Source of the DNA: Candidatus Cloacimonadota bacterium
Lineage (GTDB): Bacteria > Cloacimonadota > Cloacimonadia > G963667145
Assembly (NCBI GenBank): GCA_963667255.1
Contig: OY762940.1
Location: forward strand, 1-64,000
Direction: 5' to 3'
DNA: 64,000 nt
Shown: positions 62,535 through 64,000 of the stretch, piece by piece
Position numbering within the stretch: position 1 is the stretch's first letter
How the letters are laid out: each line of letters opens with the position of its first letter
Position numbers and translations under genes: made by a program
Notes under the pieces: model-generated
The model's input: only the letters and a program-made list of their open reading frames with translations
Told to the model about the DNA's origin: nothing
Database searches by the model: none

Positions 62535-63332
62535 TTACTTCTCCCTAACTATGCGGAAACCGGCGAATTCGTCGCGCGGTTGTGGCCAGTTACTCGAGCG
62601 ATCGGCAACTCGACAAGAACCATCGAAAAAAGAGCCACCACGATACACGCGGTACGAGCCTGTGCTGGGTCCACTGGGGTCGGTAACCGCTTCACTACTG
62701 TAGCTACCATACCAATCAGAGCACCATTCCCAAACATTACCACTCATATCATATATTCCCAGTTCATTAGCTTTTTTTGTGCCTACTGGTTGAGGGTTAC
62801 CTGGACCAGTGAAGGCTACATCACCTACAGTATTACTACCAGAATAAGTATAGCCTTTGCTTGAATTACCTCCACGGGCAGCAAACTCCCACTCGGCTTC
62901 GGTAGGTAGTCTATACTTGTCTGTGCTTTCCAGTGTATTCAATTTTGTGATAAACTCTGGCAAACTATTCCAAGCAAAATTTTCCACAGGGGCATTATCG
63001 CCTCTCACGCCAGAAGGATTAGAACCCATCACAGCTACCCATTGCTTTTGGGTTACCTCATATTTGCCGAGATAATAATCTTTAGTTATTGTCACTTGAT
63101 GCACAGGCTTTTCGTCATTGTCACCATCATTAGAGCCCATTTGGAAAGTCCCTGCTTCCACCAAGACAAATTCCATACCGATGGAGTTGGTGTAAGTGGT
63201 CGCAGTGGTGCCACCATCGTCTGTGCCGGTAGTAGTTCCAGTATCGGTACTCACGGGATTGCTACTGCTTTTGCCACACGCCGTAAGCACTACCACCAAA
63301 ATTAACAAAACTAAACTCAAATACTTCTTCAT
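62535..63332 (-). CDS. FGE-sulfatase / SUMF1-domain (C-type-lectin fold) lipoprotein
   Basis: Lipobox LTAC, Thr/Gly linker, GTFQMGS, EKPVH, GKYEVTQ, RLPTEAEWEFAARGG, GIYDMSGNVWEWC, RGGS, GFR. AGGAG RBS. Confidence 0.93.
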   Translation of the reverse strand: MKKYLSLVLLILVVVLTACGKSSSNPVSTDTGTTTGTDDGGTTATTYTNSIGMEFVLVEAGTFQMGSNDGDNDEKPVHQVTITKDYYLGKYEVTQKQWVAVMGSNPSGVRGDNAPVENFAWNSLPEFITKLNTLESTDKYRLPTEAEWEFAARGGNSSKGYTYSGSNTVGDVAFTGPGNPQPVGTKKANELGIYDMSGNVWEWCSDWYGSYSSEAVTDPSGPSTGSYRVYRGGSFFDGSCRVADRSSNWPQPRDEFAGFRIVREK

Positions 63333-63351
63333 CTATATCTCTCCTAATCCA

Positions 63352-63582
63352 TTATTTAAACACAAAAAAAGAGACAGCTCGGTAAATTCGAACTATCTCT
63401 AAACTATATAAATTTCTGTTGACTACATAACTTTCGCCAAGCCTTGACTGACTGACTGACTGACTGACTGACTGACTGACTGACTGACTGACTGACTGAC
63501 TGACTGACTGACTGACTGACTGACTGACTGACTGACTGACTGACTGACTGACTGACTGACTGACTATTCTATTCATTTTCAT
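63352..63582 (-). CDS. Putative leader ORF containing (GTCA)30 and spanning the leader terminator
   Basis: ATG plus 5 codons, a 120-nt repeat, then an open frame through the hairpin to TAA 19 nt before the lipoprotein ATG. No SD sequence; translation is not shown. Confidence 0.5.
   Translation of the reverse strand: MKMNRIVSQSVSQSVSQSVSQSVSQSVSQSVSQSVSQSVSQSVSQSRLGESYVVNRNLYSLEIVRIYRAVSFFVFK
63364..63400 (-). terminator. Intrinsic terminator in the 5' leader of the lipoprotein gene
   Basis: AGAGATAGTTCG-AATTTAC-CGAGCTGTCTC-T7. The 12-bp stem has two G-U pairs that work only in minus-strand RNA. Confidence 0.8.
63445..63564. repeat. Perfect tetranucleotide SSR (TGAC)30
   Basis: Directly visible, 120 bp. 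Confidence 0.98.
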
Positions 63583-63815
63583 ATGACGATGTTTTAAATT
63601 TTTTTATGTCCGTCAACCAAGAATTAAGAAAATTTATTATGCGGTATAAACACTATGTTTGGGCTCCCTGCTCTCTCTCCTCTCATACTCACGGTCTATC
63701 AATCACAAGGCTATTCTATTGCTTGGTGCTTTTGTACTTGAACGCAGAGAACCAGTAGGCGTAAGGACAGGATTTAAGGAACAAATAATTCTTCGTTATC
63801 GTGCTTTCTAATTCT

Positions 63816-63878
63816 CGTATGCATTCCCAAGTCTGTCAAGCATAATACATTTGTGCTTGGCTAGAGCTTGGGAACGAG
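63816..63878. repeat. REP-like palindrome (copy 2, inverted) with a ~29-bp hairpin inserted in its loop
   Basis: CGTATGCATTCCCAAG-[TCTGTCAAGCATAATACATTTGTGCTTGG]-CTAGAGCTTGGGAACGAG. Confidence 0.78.
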
Positions 63879-63960
63879 GAAGATTAGCTATATTTTAGTG
63901 GTCAGATTAGGGGAAGTTGCGAGAATGAGAGAGAGATGCGGGTGCAGGGAGCGGTGGAAC

Positions 63961-64000
63961 AAAAAAACACTGGCGAGTTCTCAACTCGCCAGTGCTCCGT
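63961..64000 (-). terminator. Paralogous copy of the 62426-62466 terminator, ending a gene beyond the window
   Basis: AAAAAAACACTGGCGAGTT-CTC-AACTCGCCAGTGCTCCGT on the plus strand. Confidence 0.8.

Noticed and set aside
63352..63445. Riboswitch upstream of the leader terminator
   Set aside because: Only 44 nt separate the SSR and the hairpin, and I recognise no aptamer. An Rfam search would settle it.
63445..63564. (TGAC)30 as a CRISPR array or a structural SQSV-repeat protein
   Set aside because: There are no spacers or cas genes. The peptide is simply the translation of a 4-nt SSR, so any role is more likely regulatory.

Overview
AT-rich bacterial chromosomal segment; the taxon cannot be assigned from the sequence alone. 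Housekeeping genes flank it: exonuclease III (partial) and asd on the left; a BMP lipoprotein, a SurA/PpiD-like chaperone, an M20 amidohydrolase, rho, serC and tRNA-His on the right. Between them lies a ~51 kb minus-strand surface-polysaccharide locus (1822-52783). It encodes UDP-L-FucNAc, dTDP-Fuc3NAc/Qui3NAc, GDP-fucose and a yersiniose-like CDP branched-sugar pathway, plus an FkbH-ACP acyl module, two flippases, one Wzy and many methyltransferases. The locus is a mosaic. Several genes have a diverged duplicate stub of their own 5' or 3' end on the far side of an inserted block, and IS3, IS256-type and IS5 copies or relics are scattered through it. The most striking feature is at the right end. 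An FGE-sulfatase (C-type-lectin-fold) lipoprotein gene is preceded by a short leader ORF containing (GTCA)30. The leader reads through an intrinsic terminator only when the repeat number is a multiple of 3, making it a candidate slipped-strand, phase-variable transcription-attenuation switch. All product calls come from motif recognition, not database searches.
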